64,000 nt of DNA from Felis catus (taxonomy: Eukaryota). Shown in pieces: positions 1 through 13,040 of this stretch (position 1 is its first letter; each line of letters opens with the position of its first letter). The notes under the pieces are model-generated. The model saw only the letters and a list, made by a program, of their open reading frames with translations. It had not been told where the DNA came from and ran no database searches. The stretch spans positions 6,386,001 through 6,450,000 of the forward strand of contig NC_058368.1 in NCBI RefSeq assembly GCF_018350175.1, given 5' to 3'. The translations under genes and the position numbers were made by a program.

Positions 1-1974
1 CAGGGTTTCAAAGGGTCATTAACCCCTCACGTTTCTACTAAAGTCAAACGGCACCTTCAAATGGACTTGTGTTTCAGTTGTCATCACAGTTGTCATCAGA
101 TGTTTTGGGAAATAGGTATTTTTTTCCTTGGAGTTCAGTTCGATCTTGCGGACTCTTTGCAGTCTTAAAAAGCTTTAATTTACGGTCTATTAGAGCGCCC
201 GTGTAGCCCCGTCCTGGTGAACACTGGGCTTTTTCAAATATGTTTTAATCTCTACTAATCTAGTAAGTGAAAATGGTGTAACACATCGTGGCTTCAGTTT
301 GTATTTCTTCAGTACTTTGGAAGGTTGGGCATTTTTGCGGATCTGCTTTTTCCACTAGCCATCAGGGGGATGGGAACTTAGTTCCTTTCTGTTCTCGTTC
401 AACCAGATTGGTGGGCTACAGGGCGTCTTTCGTAGCGTGCTACTTTGGAGGAAGTTCCAGCTTGTTCTATCAGCCATCAAATTAGCACTAAAAATGGCTC
501 ATCTCAGGACTGGCTCAGGTGGAGTGAAGTGCCGGCCGAGCATTAAAGGGAAGTGGTCACAGGGCAGGTGTCATGGTGGGAACCGTCGTGATTGGTAGAC
601 AGCAAACCGTCACTGCAAATCGAGCTCAGCGTGGACGGAGGACTGTATGGTTTAGAAAGTTACTTTATGTAGGCAAGCGGCAAAGTCCTCTGAAGGCTTA
701 GAGATCTGGGCCTGGCGTGGCGTTGTCAGTAGGTGCGTTTGTATGAGGGGTCTTGCTGTTTAACATCAGGTGAGTGTTTCGAATGAAATCGTGCCATGAC
801 GCAGCCTTTGGAAAGATGTTTGCACGTATCTCGTGTTTAAACCTTTCCTTTTGTTATTTCTTCAAAGCTCAACAGAGCTGGGCGGGCCGATAACGTGTAA
901 TTCTCTTGAAATTAAATTAAAAACAATCACGTTACGGTAGGTTGGTTGGGGTGTAGGGCGTTTTCCACCTCCGAGAATGTTAGAGCTCGTGCTTTGGATT
1001 GTCTTGAACATATACTCCATTTGGCTGGATGTTTCTTTAGATTTTAATATTCATGAGCACTGTCATCATGCTTCTTAGCATTGAATTAAAGCCAAGGTAG
1101 GGCTGTCGAAGGCATTTTCGCCTTTCTTTTGCGTTACTTCCTCGACTGGGCTCTCTCCGTTTCTGGGTTTCTGCCAGTGCAGATGAAGGTTTACTTCATT
1201 AGCTCTCAGTGTACAACAGTGAATGGAAAACATAAACATGCGTCTGTTCTTGCGTGTCGAACTTTCCCCTTCCCCTTTGCAACCAACTCCTTTGGGGAAG
1301 CTGAAACTGAAGACCCGTGTCTGAATAGCATTTTAACAGTATTTCTCATTAATATGCTTTGTCAGTCCTCAATTTGCAAGAAAGGCACTGTCAGGATGTT
1401 GTTGGTTTGAAGCCTGGATGCTTTGATTTCCGTCCCGTTAATTTCTTATCCGTGACCCTCTGCTGGGAAATGCCCTCCCCCTCCCTTCCCGTTTGATCAC
1501 ATTCAGGAGAAAGAGTAAAACTTCTGATATCTTTTTAAAATTGTTCACGTATTAATAAGATTGCCACCTCTTCCTCTCTGTGTGAAGATGCAATATAGTA
1601 TATACTTTTGCTTCAGTAGTTTTTCCGAATTTTGACCTTTTTTATTTGAGAAAAAAACCTAAAGGAAGGCATAAGGTGGAAAGTTGTTGATTATTCTCTT
1701 TAAATGTCTTTCCTCTTACAGATGTCATCTTTAAGTGTAGGTTTTAAACCAGAAATATCCCCTATAACTTGACTCACAGAAAGTAATCTGGAAGAGATTT
1801 ACGTGCACATCAGATCTACATGAGATCACTGGGTGAGGTCACCAAGGGAAAGGTCCAAATAAACACATCTAAAATCTGGTAATCTCGTAATTCTTTGGCA
1901 TTTTGGAAGATGATAGGTACTATAGAGAAAAAGAAACCATTAAAGATGTTGCAATTTTGTGTGGGGTGGGGTCA

Positions 1975-2825
1975 GAGAAGATAGTATTTGAATAGAGATT
2001 TGAAGGAGGCTCGAGGGGTGTCGGGTGGGTGGGGAGGGACATTCCAGGAGAGGTCATAGCAAATGCAAAGGTCTTCCTCTTTGGAATGGCTGCTCCCTGG
2101 TGTGTAGAGGGAATTGGCCTAGGAAGGCAGCCAGGCCTGAAGTAGAATGAGAGAAGGGGGTGGGGGTGTGAGGGAGAGGGGATGAGAGAGAGAGAGAGAG
2201 AGAGATGAGGACAGAGTGGTAAAGGGAGGGAAGGAGGCAGGTCAGGTAGCTATCTTCTAGGTCATTGTAAAGGTTTTGGCTTTGACCTGAGTGAGGTGAA
2301 CAACGATTAGAGGGTTTTGAATAGAGGAGAGACATGATCCAACTTCCCCTTTGATAGAATTGCTCTGGTTCCCATTCAGAAGAGAACAGGAGCAAAGGGT
2401 AGAGGCAGGAGACCAGGGGGAGTCCTCAGGTGGGAGCTGCCTGATGGTGGCCCCGGGTTGGGATGGAAGCAGTCGAGGTGGGAGGAGTGTTCTGATTTTG
2501 ATATGTTTAATTTTTTTTAAATGTTTGTTTATTATTGAGAGACAGAGAGAGACAGAGCATGAGCATGGGAGGGGCAGAGAGAAGGGGAGACACAGAATCC
2601 AAAGCAGGCTCCAGGCTCTGAGCTGTCAGCACAGAGCCTGATGCGGGGCTCGAACTCACCAACCACGAGATCAAGACCTGAGCTAAAGTCGGACGCTTAA
2701 CTGACTGAGCCACCCAAGCACCCCGATTTTGATATATTTAAAAGGCAGAATCACCCGTGGTATTTGCGGATGGATCCGATGTGAGCTATGTGAGGGAGAG
2801 GGGGGAGAGAAGTTAAGGATGCCTA
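1975..2825 (-). mobile_element. L2 fragment (interrupted by a SINE)
   Basis: acattccagg...agcaaatgcaaagg, gagggttttgaatagaggagagacatgatc, ttctgattttgatat. Confidence 0.7.
2506..2724 (-). mobile_element. CAN-SINE (SINEC_Fc-like)
   Basis: Full antisense element; TSD gattttgatat. Confidence 0.92.
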
Positions 2826-3646
2826 GCGGTTTTTTGTTTTGTTTTTTAATATTTATTTAGAGAGAGAGAGAGAGTATACGAGTAGGGGAAGGGCAGAGGG
2901 AGAGAAAGAGTCCCAAGCAGGCTCCGCATTGTCAGCTCAGAGCCTTCTTATTTTAGATACAGAGAAATTATTTTCCCAAGGTGTTTCTTAATAGGTTGCA
3001 CAACTTGTGTCCGTATTTTCAGTGCTTCCCTTCAGTTTAGTCTTTTCACAAATTGAACAGTCTGATACTTGCATAATGGGGAGTGGTTCGTAAATTTCGA
3101 TGGCATTTTCGGGTCCTGTTTCTAGGGCCTGTGCGATTTTGCCGGAGTCCCTGCCATGCTGCTATGCGGTGTTGATTCAGTGAGTGAATGAACTGAGGCG
3201 AATGTGTGTGTGTGTCTGTGGGGGCGGAGGGTTGTACTACAATGAAGACAGGAAATGTGAAAAATACCATCTTAGCTGGTAGATGGAAGGATCACTTGTC
3301 TTGTGAGATTTTCTGCCTTCAGCGTTGCAGAGTTCATCTTGGCTCAAAGCAGCTTAGTAGAAGCACAGGCTTCCATAGGTATGTTGCTTTCCTGTCCTTC
3401 CTGAGTTTCCGGGTTTGGGAGTGGGGAGGTACCAGGTTTTGTAAAAGTTCTGCCTCCTGATGATGCTAAAGGAGAAACCATGGAGGGCCCACGCACTTCC
3501 TGTTTATAATTACACTTTGATTTTCCTAGACCATTTACTAAGCTGCCTGAAGTTTGCTTTGTTTTAAACTTTTATTTTACATTATTTTTACTATTAATCT
3601 TGAGGCTTATTTCTTTTAAAATGATTCCAGGTTTTTTTTACATAAT

Positions 3647-3649
<3 letters not shown>

Positions 3650-3684
<35 letters not shown>
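3650..3684. repeat. (CA)n microsatellite
   Basis: Direct reading. Confidence 0.98.
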
Positions 3685-3685
<1 letters not shown>

Positions 3686-4249
3686 TGTCTTATGTCACCT
3701 GTTAATGTTTGTCTTACTAGCATTTATTTCATTCCTGATTGTCTTGCACATTGATTTATCTACCCTTCCTGGCTCACTTTCCAGTAGAAGCCGAGCTTCA
3801 CAAAAACAAGAAATTGTCTTTTACTGCATTTTATCCCCAGTACCTAAGTGATAGTAGATAATAGGTATTCAGTAAACAGTCTTGCGTAAATACTGCAGAC
3901 CCTATTTTGTATGCTGTAAAATATTCAGTGTCATAAGAAGTTTATCCCATAATGAAAAAGTCTTCTGAAATACTACCTAGGCGGTTGCATAATTACTTAT
4001 CTTATAGATCTAATTTAATTTGCTTTGAGTTAATTATTTTGTTTGGTTATTTAGTTTCTTCTGTTTTATTATTGGAAATAACATTGAAAGGAGGACATCT
4101 TTATATATAGATCCTTGACCACATTTGTATTTATTCCTTTCACGTATTGTAAAGAATTATTAGTTGAGATCATTTAGGTCTGAACGTGTACTGACAACAG
4201 AAGTATAATAGTTTACACCTCCATTGACATTTTACAAGGGCCCCTTTCT

Positions 4250-5228
4250 TCTAGAATTTGATCTCCAATACTGTTTTCTTCTCGTTTTATACTCCTTCCC
4301 TTTGGCAAGCCCATCTCTTACTGCTTTTACAGCCAGTGCTGGTGATTTGTGGCCTCTTAACCTCAGGCTGTAACTCTGTATGTGCTAGATCCTGGAGATC
4401 CTCTGTACCTCAAGTTCACATTCCCCAACGGCATAATGATTATCTTTCCATCAGAATCTGCTCCCCGCTGCTCTGTTCCCTTTTGAGGTAAATGAAAGTA
4501 ACATCTTTTCAGGTGCCCAAGATGGAAATGTGGGCATGATTCTCAATTCTTCTCTTTCCTCTTTATCCTTAACTAGTTGGTACAAGCCCCTTTATTTCCA
4601 TGCTTTTTCCTCCTCCTCTGGTTTAAGCTTATTACCACCTCTTCCTTGGACTATTAGATTATTGCTCTGACTTCCTCTATCACTTTGCTCTAATGGATCA
4701 TCCTTACTGCCAAAGCTGTCTTCCTAAAAGGCCCATCTTCTATTGCTGTCCTAATTAAATTCCTTCAAACTCTCCTAGTTCCTTAGAGTGAAGTTTGAGC
4801 AGAGACTTCAGCAGAGACTGTGCTCCGCTTGCCCTCCACACAGTCCACCCTTCATCATTTCTTGTAATGAGGGATTTTCCTCCCCCCTGTTCTCCAGGTG
4901 CGTTGCACCCTTGGTGTTCCACATATGTGTCTTAACTCTTTTGTCCCTCAGTGGCTAGAATACTGTCCCTCACTTATTCACTTAACATTCATTTGTAAAT
5001 TCAGCTCCAAGAAGACTTTCTTACTGACTCTTTTCTAGTGATAGCTTCCTTTTCTGTACAGCTGTGGGTGGTGTTTCAGCACTTCTGTGACAGAATATTC
5101 AATGTCATTTATAGGTTTGTATGCTAGGCTGTGAGATTGAGTCTTATTTGTCCTTGATTCCATGGCACTTACCGTAAGAGACTATTGTAGAAAAAATATT
5201 TAACAAGTATTAGTTGAATTAATGAATA
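4250..5228 (+). mobile_element. L2 fragment ending in an L2 3' tail
   Basis: CT-rich L2-like sequence ending aacaagtattagttgaattaatgaat. Confidence 0.6.
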
Positions 5229-5546
5229 TATCAATGGAAACATCCTTGAAATTGATATCTTTTTAGTGTTCTTCCTTTCTGCTTCTGTCTGGGAAGTATC
5301 ATTTCCATTTAGTCTGAAGAACTTTAGCATCTTTTGTCGTATGGATCTGTTCAGCTTTGGTTTATTGGAAAATGTCTTTGTTTTGCTTTCTTTTTATTTT
5401 TAAATAATTATAGTCTCACAGGAGATTTCAAAAAAAATCACAGTCCCATGTGCCCTTTGCCCAGTTTTCCCAAATGGGGACATCTGGTATACCTGTTACT
5501 GTAGTAGCAAAACCAAAAAATTGATCTTAGTATATTTCTATTAACT

Positions 5547-5583
5547 ATTAAGATTAAGATCAATTAAGATTAAGATTAAGATC
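5547..5583. repeat. (ATTAAG)n short tandem repeat
   Basis: attaagattaagatcaattaagattaagattaagatc. Confidence 0.9.
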
Positions 5584-5832
5584 TTATTCACTGTTCAGTG
5601 TATTTTCAGTTACACTGTGTGCGTGTGTGTGTAGTTCTGTACAATTGTATTACGTGTAGATTTGTGTAAGCACTGCCACAGTCAAGATACGGTACTGTTT
5701 TCATCACCGTATAAGGTCTCCCTTGTGCTTTTTAAAAATAATCTCATCCACTCTACCCCCTACACCCTCTTCTCCATGTCTGTAGTTGTGTTATTTTGAG
5801 AACGTTACCTACATTGAATTGTACTGTACTTA

Positions 5833-6245
5833 GTAAAAAATGGGCAGAGGACCTGAATAGACACTTTTCCAAAGAAGATAGGCAGATGGTCAACAGACAC
5901 ATGAAAAAATGCTCAACATCAGTAATCATTAGGGAACTGCAAATCAGAACCACAGTGAGATATCACCCCATACCTGTCAGAATGCTGCTTTCAGAAAGAC
6001 AAGACATAACTAGTGTTAGCGGGGATGTGGGGAAAAGGGAACCCTCATGCACTGTTGTTGGGAATGCAAACTGGTGCAGCCACTGTGGAAAACCGTATGG
6101 AAGCTCCTCAAGAATTTAAAAATGGAACTACCATATGATGCGGCAATTTCGGTTCTGGGTATTTATCCAAAGAAAAAGAAAACACTAATTCAAAAAGGTA
6201 TATATACCCCTGGGTTCACTGCAGCATCATTCATGATGGGAACAG

Positions 6246-6288
<43 letters not shown>

Positions 6289-6740
6289 GGATTATCACTC
6301 AGCCCTACAAAGAATGTGATCTTGCTGTTTGCAGCAACATGAATGGACCTACAAGGTATTATGCTAAGTGAAATAAGACAGACAAAGACCCAGGACCTTG
6401 TGATTTCATTTGAATATTAAATCTAAAAAAACAAAACAGACAAAAGAAAACAAATAGATTCATAAATATAAAGAACAAACTGGTGGTTGCCAGAAGGGAA
6501 GGGTGGGGGGAATTAAGAGATACAGACTTCCAGTTATAAAATAAGTAAGGCACAGAGATGAAAAGTACAAAAAGAATATAGCCAATGATACTGTAATAAC
6601 TCTGTATGCGACAGGGGTAGCTAGACTTAACACCTGGTGATAATTTCATAATGTATATAAATATTGGATCACTCTGGTGAACACCTAAAACTAATACAAC
6701 GCTGTATGTCAGCTATACCTCGATAATAAGAAAGTTTCAC
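5833..6740 (+). mobile_element. 5'-truncated L1 (ORF2 C-terminus + 3' UTR) with internal (GT)n
   Basis: ORFs [15 protein letters not shown] and [17 protein letters not shown] (L1 ORF2 cysteine-rich end); 3' UTR ends acacctaaaactaatacaacgctgtatgtc. Confidence 0.92.
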
Positions 6741-8046
6741 CAAACCCAAGATAATAAACTAATTAAAACTATGTGGGTATGGCACTGTTTCTTTAGAAGA
6801 CCTGATAAACAAATCTGTCTTCACCGGAAATCATGTTCCGCAGCTGTGATCAAAGAGTGGGAATAAGGTGAAGCAAATCATCATGTTCAGGGTGTCTGAG
6901 TAATATCGTTTTGCAAGATGAGCTCCATTTTAATTTACAGAAACACTCTTAGGTAAAGTCAAGTGAATTAAAAATTTTAAAAGCGAATTAAAAATAAACC
7001 GCATGAGTGAACGGATTCCCAGTTCAAGAAGTCCTAACAACTGAAAGTGAACTCATTTTTCTTTATTGACTATATAATCTGTAAGTATTTGGGGAAGTTA
7101 AAATAGTGTTAATATTTTTTGTTTTATTGCTAAATATCTGTAACAGTACTTAGGTCCACCTAATGAAAAGATGAGTCAGATATATAGAATGTGCTACTGC
7201 GAGCGTGTTTTTAAGGCATTCACTATACAGTGTATCTCATGTCTTACATCCTAATAAAATATTATAATGAAAACAATCCAGAATGCCCTTACGAATCATT
7301 CAGATCGTTGTCTGTATCAATATTTCTTCCTTTTTATTGCTGAGTAGTAAAGCATCGTATGAATTCACCAGAGTGTGTTCAACCATCCACCCGAATAACA
7401 TTTGACTGGTTTCTAGTATTATGAATAAAGCTGCTGTGTTCACATACAGGTTTCTGTATGGAAATAGGTTTTAACTTCTGTGGAATAAATGCCCAGGAGT
7501 GTGTATTGGCCCAGGGTCCAATGGCAAGTGCGTATTTAGTTTGGTAAGAACTTGCCAACTGTTTTCCAGAGTAGCTGTACTATTTTCATCTTACATCCGC
7601 ACCAGCGGTGTATGGGTGATCTAATTTCTCTGGCTCCTCGTCAGAATTTGGTGTTATTACTGTTTTTTATTGTAACTGCTCCAGTGTGTGTGTAGTGATA
7701 TCTCACTGTGGTTTTAGGTGGCATTTCCCAAACGGCTAATGATGTTGACCAGTGATGTTGGCCATTAATGTTAATAATTGATTGCCATCTGTCTCTCCTC
7801 TTTGATGAAGTGTTTCCTTCTGTCTGTTGCTCATTTTATACTTGTGTGCTTTTTCTTTTAACTGTTGAGTTTTGTGATTCTTTATATATTCTAAATAGGA
7901 GGCTTTTGTGGCATGTTCGGTTTCCAGATATTTTCTCCATGTGTAACTTGCTTTCATCCTCTTAACAGAGTCTTTGCAGCTCAAGACTGCAAAGTTTGAT
8001 GCTTTTGTTTTTGAAAGTATTTCTGCTGGATGAAAAATTCTGTGTT

Positions 8047-8212
8047 GGGGATGCCTGGGTAGCTCAGTTGGTTAAGCGTCTGACTCTTGATTTTGGCTCA
8101 GGTCACGATCACGGTTCGTGGGGGTGAGACCCACGAGACCCAGTGTCGGGCTCCACACTGACAGCATGGAGCCTGCTTGGGATTCTCTCTCTTTCTGCCC
8201 CTCCCTTGCATG

Positions 8213-8255
<43 letters not shown>

Positions 8256-8283
8256 GTACTTTCTCTCAAAATAAATTTAAAAA
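8047..8283 (+). mobile_element. CAN-SINE with (CA)n
   Basis: gggatgcctgggtagctcag head; TSD aaaaattctgtgt. Confidence 0.9.
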
Positions 8284-8289
8284 ATTCTG

Positions 8290-8900
8290 TGTGACAGTTT
8301 ATTTTTTCTCCTTCTTCAGCATTCCAAACATGTCACTCCATTGCATTCTGATTTTCACTATTTTTGATAAAATGTCCCTTTCTTACATGTTATTCTTATT
8401 GTGTTTTTCCTATTGGTGGCTTTGGATGTTTTCTCCTTATCTTTGGTTTTCAGCAGTTTGGCTATCATGTGCCTGCGCGTGGTTTTCTTTGTATTTATCC
8501 TCCTTGGAATTGAGTGAGCTTCTTGGATCTGTGGGTTGATGTCCTCTATCACAGTCTGGAAAGTTCTTAGACATTGTTTCTTCAGGTATTTCTTCTGTCC
8601 CCTTCTGTCTTTCCCACCTTCTGGGACCCCGGTTACACTTGTAGTCGAGCCATTTGATATTGTGACACAGATCTTGGGAAACTTTGTTGTGCTTTTTAAA
8701 TTATTTTTTTCTCTTGACATTTGTAGAACTGTCTGCTGTTTCCAGTTTGCTGTTAAGCGCATTGAAGTATTTATTCCAGAAGTTGTCGTTCTCTTTTCTC
8801 CCTTTTCTGTTCAGCTGTTTAGTTTCTGTTTTATTCTGCTGAGATCCTTCCCTGTTCATGTTTACTGCTCATCTTTCCTACAAGATTTTTTAGTACATTG
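8290..8900 (-). mobile_element. L1 ORF1 remnant
   Basis: ORF 8358-8762(-) GVPEG...INPQIQEAHSIPRRINTKKTTRRHMIAKLLKTKDKEK, characteristic of L1 ORF1p. Confidence 0.85.
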
Positions 8901-9271
8901 AACATAGTTGGGTCTGCTGGTTGCAGTCCAGGGTCATATATGGGCTTATCTCTGTTGCCTGTTTTTTCTCTTTTTTATGAATCATATTCTTCCTCTCTTG
9001 TTCGATGACTTTCTTGTGTGGTGGTCACTGTGTGTAATGAACAGTGAAGCCTGGAGGGTACCACACGAAAAGGGCTTGTCCCTCTTTTGGTCATGCTGCT
9101 GACACGAGGGACTGAGCTGGGCCTTGACTTTGCTGTAGCAAGAGTTAGGTCCACTTCATCATTAGCTGCAGATATTTTGGGAGTGGGATTGAGACATTGT
9201 TTTTGGGAGAGCTTCAGAATGATCCCAGGAAGACCTTGGAGATTTCTGTGCTTTAGAGCTAGGCTGCCAAC

Positions 9272-9494
9272 TTTTTTTTTATTAAAATTTTTTTTTAACG
9301 TTTATTCATTTTTTGATAGAGACAGAGCGTGAGTGGGGAAGGGGCAGAGAGAGAGGGAGGCACAGAATCTGAAGCAGGCTCCAGGCTCCGAACTGACAGC
9401 ACAGAGCCCGACGCGGGGCTCGAACTCACGGGCCGTGAGATCATGATCTCAGCTGAAGTTGGACACTCAACCGACTGAGCCACCCAGGCGCCCC
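9272..9494 (-). mobile_element. CAN-SINE (SINEC_Fc-like)
   Basis: TSD taggctgccaactt. Confidence 0.92.
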
Positions 9495-10285
9495 ATAGGC
9501 TGCCAACTTTCTGAACAATGACGGACTCTCGGTTTTATAGCTTGGCTGCTAGTTTTGGGGACACTAATGAGTCCTCTTTGCCCTCCGGTCTGTGGCTTTC
9601 TTCTCTGGAGATCTCTCTTTGCCCTACTGTTTCTTAGAAGAAGTTTTCTCAGCTCTCCTTTCTTCCTCCTGGTGTTAGAGGGTGCCTGGATATGGAGCTC
9701 TTGTGTTCTGTCTGTATGTGTGCCATCTACATTATTTGGTAAAGATCCCAGTGGAAGAGTTGGCAGGTGAGTGCAGACTTGCCCTGTGTCTGGGGCTCCT
9801 TGAGATTCTAACCCAGCATTTCTGCTCATGTGTGGACATCAAAGGTTTATTAACAGTTCAGCTGGTATTTTCTTACCCCTGTTTACGGCAGGTCCTCCTT
9901 CCTGGCACTCTGCTGGGGATGAAAACAGTTGTGGGTCCTGTCTCTCCTAGGAAGGCCTTGTCAATATCTGGTATTTACTTCATTTAGCTTTCTTTCTGTT
10001 CTGAGGTTTTTTTTTATAATTTTTTTTTATGGGTTTCTTTCTTTCCTTTTCTTTTGAAACTTTTGGTTTTATAGCTTTCTTCAGTTTATACTCATTATTA
10101 TGGAAATTTGCTTTATTAACATTTCTGATGAATATGTTTAACATTTTACTAATGAAGCACTGATACTATCTGTATTAATTTCTGATCCTTAGGCAATCTG
10201 TTCCCTTAAGCAGTGGTCTTAAAAACCATTTGATTATGTACTTCATTATAAGAAAATGAGCACAGAGTCCCAATATATGCATACC

Positions 10286-10513
10286 TTTTTTAAGTTTATT
10301 TATTTTGAGAGAGAGAGAGATAGAGACAGTCAGCCTGAGTGGGGGTGGGGGGAGGTCAGAGAGAAAGAGGAGTGGAAGAGAGAGAATCCCCAGCAGGCTC
10401 CACGCTGTCAGTACAGAGGCAGATGTGGGGCTCGAACTCAAGAACTGTGACATCATGACCTGAACCAAAATCAGGAGTCAGACACTTAACTGACTGAGCC
10501 CCCTGGGCGCCCC
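10286..10513 (-). mobile_element. CAN-SINE
   Basis: Antisense tRNA head gactgagccccctgggcgcccc, (GA)n, T tail. Confidence 0.9.
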
Positions 10514-10799
10514 TGCATATCTTACAAATTATAGATATATACTAGGTTATTAAACTGTATTTTTCCCACGTTTTAAGACCTTAAGCATTATAAGATTCAT
10601 AAAATTTAAAAATTTTTATATTTACCTGAAATTGTTGATAGTGGATATAAATTTATTTCAATTCATTGCTTTGATGACTGTGAGAAAATTTTAAGTTGAT
10701 TTCTGTAGATGTGTTCAGATTATGATTGTATTTGACTCATGTAGCTGACAAGAGGAAGTTACCTAGACAGAGTGTCAACTTTGCCATTTTCTTGTTAGC

Positions 10800-11184
10800 T
10801 GCGAGAAATAAGCGCACTGCTCCAGTCAAAGGAGGGACACAGAGACTCAGAGCACAGTGAACAAGGCTTTAATCAATGTTCTTGCAAGAGCAGGTGTCTG
10901 ATGGACAGGCATGCTCGGGGCAGTTACAGCAGACAATTTATCTCCTAGTATGCAAGTCCCTCCCCTGGGTCCTCATTGGCTGAGCACTACAGGGTTACAG
11001 CCTTCCCCGGAAGTCGCCTGTGCCCATGTAAGGCAAAAAGTAGTCTGATTGGAACAAATGTATATTCCTTGAGGTGACACACAGACTCTCAGTCCCTCCT
11101 CCCTTTGTTCTTTGGCACGTGCTCATTGCAGAGCCCGTGAATGGAGAGGGGAAGAAGAACCAGGAATCGAAGGGTTTGGGACTC

Positions 11185-11237
<53 letters not shown>

Positions 11238-11342
11238 GGGGGGAGGGTTGTACATATTTCCAGTAGGTTGTGAACCTACTGTTAGCTAGACAGCACCGCT
11301 TTTATTTGGTATTTCTGAAAATAGATCATCTCTCTTCCTGCA
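10800..11342 (-). mobile_element. Solo retroviral LTR (carnivore/felid ERV type) containing a (GT)n tract
   Basis: TG...CA termini and near-perfect 5-bp TSD ttagc (10795-10799) / tcagc (11343-11347). Minus strand shows two CCAAT boxes, a GATAAA TATA-like element, an ATTAAA polyA signal and U5 end gcttatttctcgCA. Confidence 0.75.
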
Positions 11343-11567
11343 TCAGCTTATTCTTGTGTTAATCAATATTTAATCCTTTTGTTGTTGTTCCAGGAGTCTC
11401 TTTTTTTACCCTCCTCTTTCATTTTTGTGAGAATTAGTTTTATTGAAACTGGTTAAAATGACTTGTAATTCCACTTTGCCTGGGCCCCTGTAGACCGAAA
11501 CCCTGCAGAACATCTCACCTGCCCGTAGCTCTTGGGGCAGGGCTTTCCTTATCCCGTAATTGTATAC

Positions 11568-12010
11568 TGTTGGGAGGAAGACGTTCCTCTGCCCTTCAGG
11601 ATCCTTCTACCTGGACTTAGAATCAAATTGACATGAGACAGATTAACAGGAGAAAATCAAATTTAATAGTGTACATAAAAGGGGAATCCACACAGACATG
11701 AAATTTTGAAGACAATGAGGCAGCGTGAAGCTTATATGAGCTACGGAGGGGGGTAGGGCCTGAGGATACAAAGGAGAGGAGATCATTAGGGGGAAGGTGA
11801 GAGGAGCTACGTTTGGAAAAACAAGTTGCCCTATGATACAGATCAGTTTTTTAGGTAAAGGGGAATCTCCCTTAATAGCTCTCTTCCTGATGCAGGCTCT
11901 TCTTTCCAGTGCAATTAAGCAGTTGAGGACCAGGGAGAGAGCTTTTCCTGCATCTGCTGGGTTTTGATTACTTTTAACTCAAAATAATGTTTATGCCAAA
12001 GTGGCCCATC
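11568..12010 (-). mobile_element. MER34-like (ERV1) LTR
   Basis: Hallmark segments aaattgacatgagacagattaacaggagaaaa and ctcaaaataatgtttatgccaaagtggc. Confidence 0.65.
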
Positions 12011-12819
12011 CTATAATACCTTGGTACATGACCGCTGCTGACCTGTCGTCCACAGGAAGACACGGTGTCTTACATACGTTAACTATGAGTAAGGCTTATT
12101 AATTCCTCTTCTGTCTCCCTATTCATTTTGTGTTTCCATTTCTCCCTGCCCATCGGGGCCCTGCACTTTGTAAATCATTGCCCTAGAAAACTAGAGCCAG
12201 TTCTGTATTTGGGGAGCAGCTCTTCCTTTCACATTCTTAGAGCGTTCACTGCCTCTGTTCAGCCAACTTTCCTGTTGACCCTGTTAGAGTAGCTATTCCC
12301 CAACCGCCCCCCTGCCCCTGCCCCTGGCAGGCACATCTAGAGCACAGCAGGATCCTTCTGGAAGTCCTAGGGCAAGCCATCTCTGTGTAATGTCACAGAA
12401 CGGAAGTGAACAGTCATCCCACGGGATTCAATTCATTTAGGCCAAGTAGGCAAACTATTTCCAAAGGCATCATCTGCTGTAAGTGGACTGGGAGTTCACC
12501 TTGCCTTTGCCACTAAGAAGCTGGTGGTAATACTCAGTTATTCCTACTCTCTGAAAAGTACTCATTTGTTAATTGGGGTTTATACCACCTGCCTTCTCTT
12601 TGGGCGCTAATGATTAAGTGATGTGCTGAACGCAGAAGTCCATAGTAGATTTCCCAGGGCTCGAACGGCTTTCGGAGGATTGCTGTAGAGAGATTGTGAA
12701 GTTTACCTTTCAGAGTGGAGTGCACGGTAAGGTGAGTGGAATGGAAATTTGATAGCTTTCCATTTCCTGACTTTGCAGTGAGACTCTTACTTAATTTCAC
12801 ATGAAAGGGGGTGGATAGT

Positions 12820-13040
12820 GGTTAACCGCATCGTCTCTGGAAGCAGAGACTTTTCAGGTGGTAATCTCCACTCCATTATGTGTTGTGTGACCCTTGGGCC
12901 ATTCCCTTCTCTGCTCCCTAGTTTCCTCATCTGTAAAATGGGGATCATGCCAGCACTTAACCTCATAGGGTTAGCATGCGGATCAAGTGAAAGACACAAG
13001 CTTGTAGAGCAGTTGAGCGGCGTGCCTGGCTTATTAGCAT
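12820..13040 (+). mobile_element. MIR
   Basis: tgtgtgacccttgggcc...tagtttcctcatctgtaaaatgggga core. Confidence 0.85.

Larger units (their letters stand above)
5390..7990 (-). mobile_element. Old L1 3' fragments (5390-5830 and ~7300-7990) flanking the younger + strand L1
   Basis: Antisense L1 motifs: tttattgctgagtagt, gaataaagctgct, ctcactgtggtttta, tctttatatattcta. Confidence 0.75.

Noticed and set aside
1..1000. WASF3 promoter/CpG island
   Set aside because: Only moderate CpG content and no GC-box-rich island; exon 1 is probably upstream of the window.
5753..6649. ORFs with L1 ORF2-like peptides (also 29913-30415 and 8358-8762)
   Set aside because: Fragments of dead, truncated L1s, not functional genes.
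8047..8120. tRNA-like A/B-box sequences at SINE heads
   Set aside because: tRNA-derived SINE heads continuing into a CT linker and A tail, not tRNA genes.
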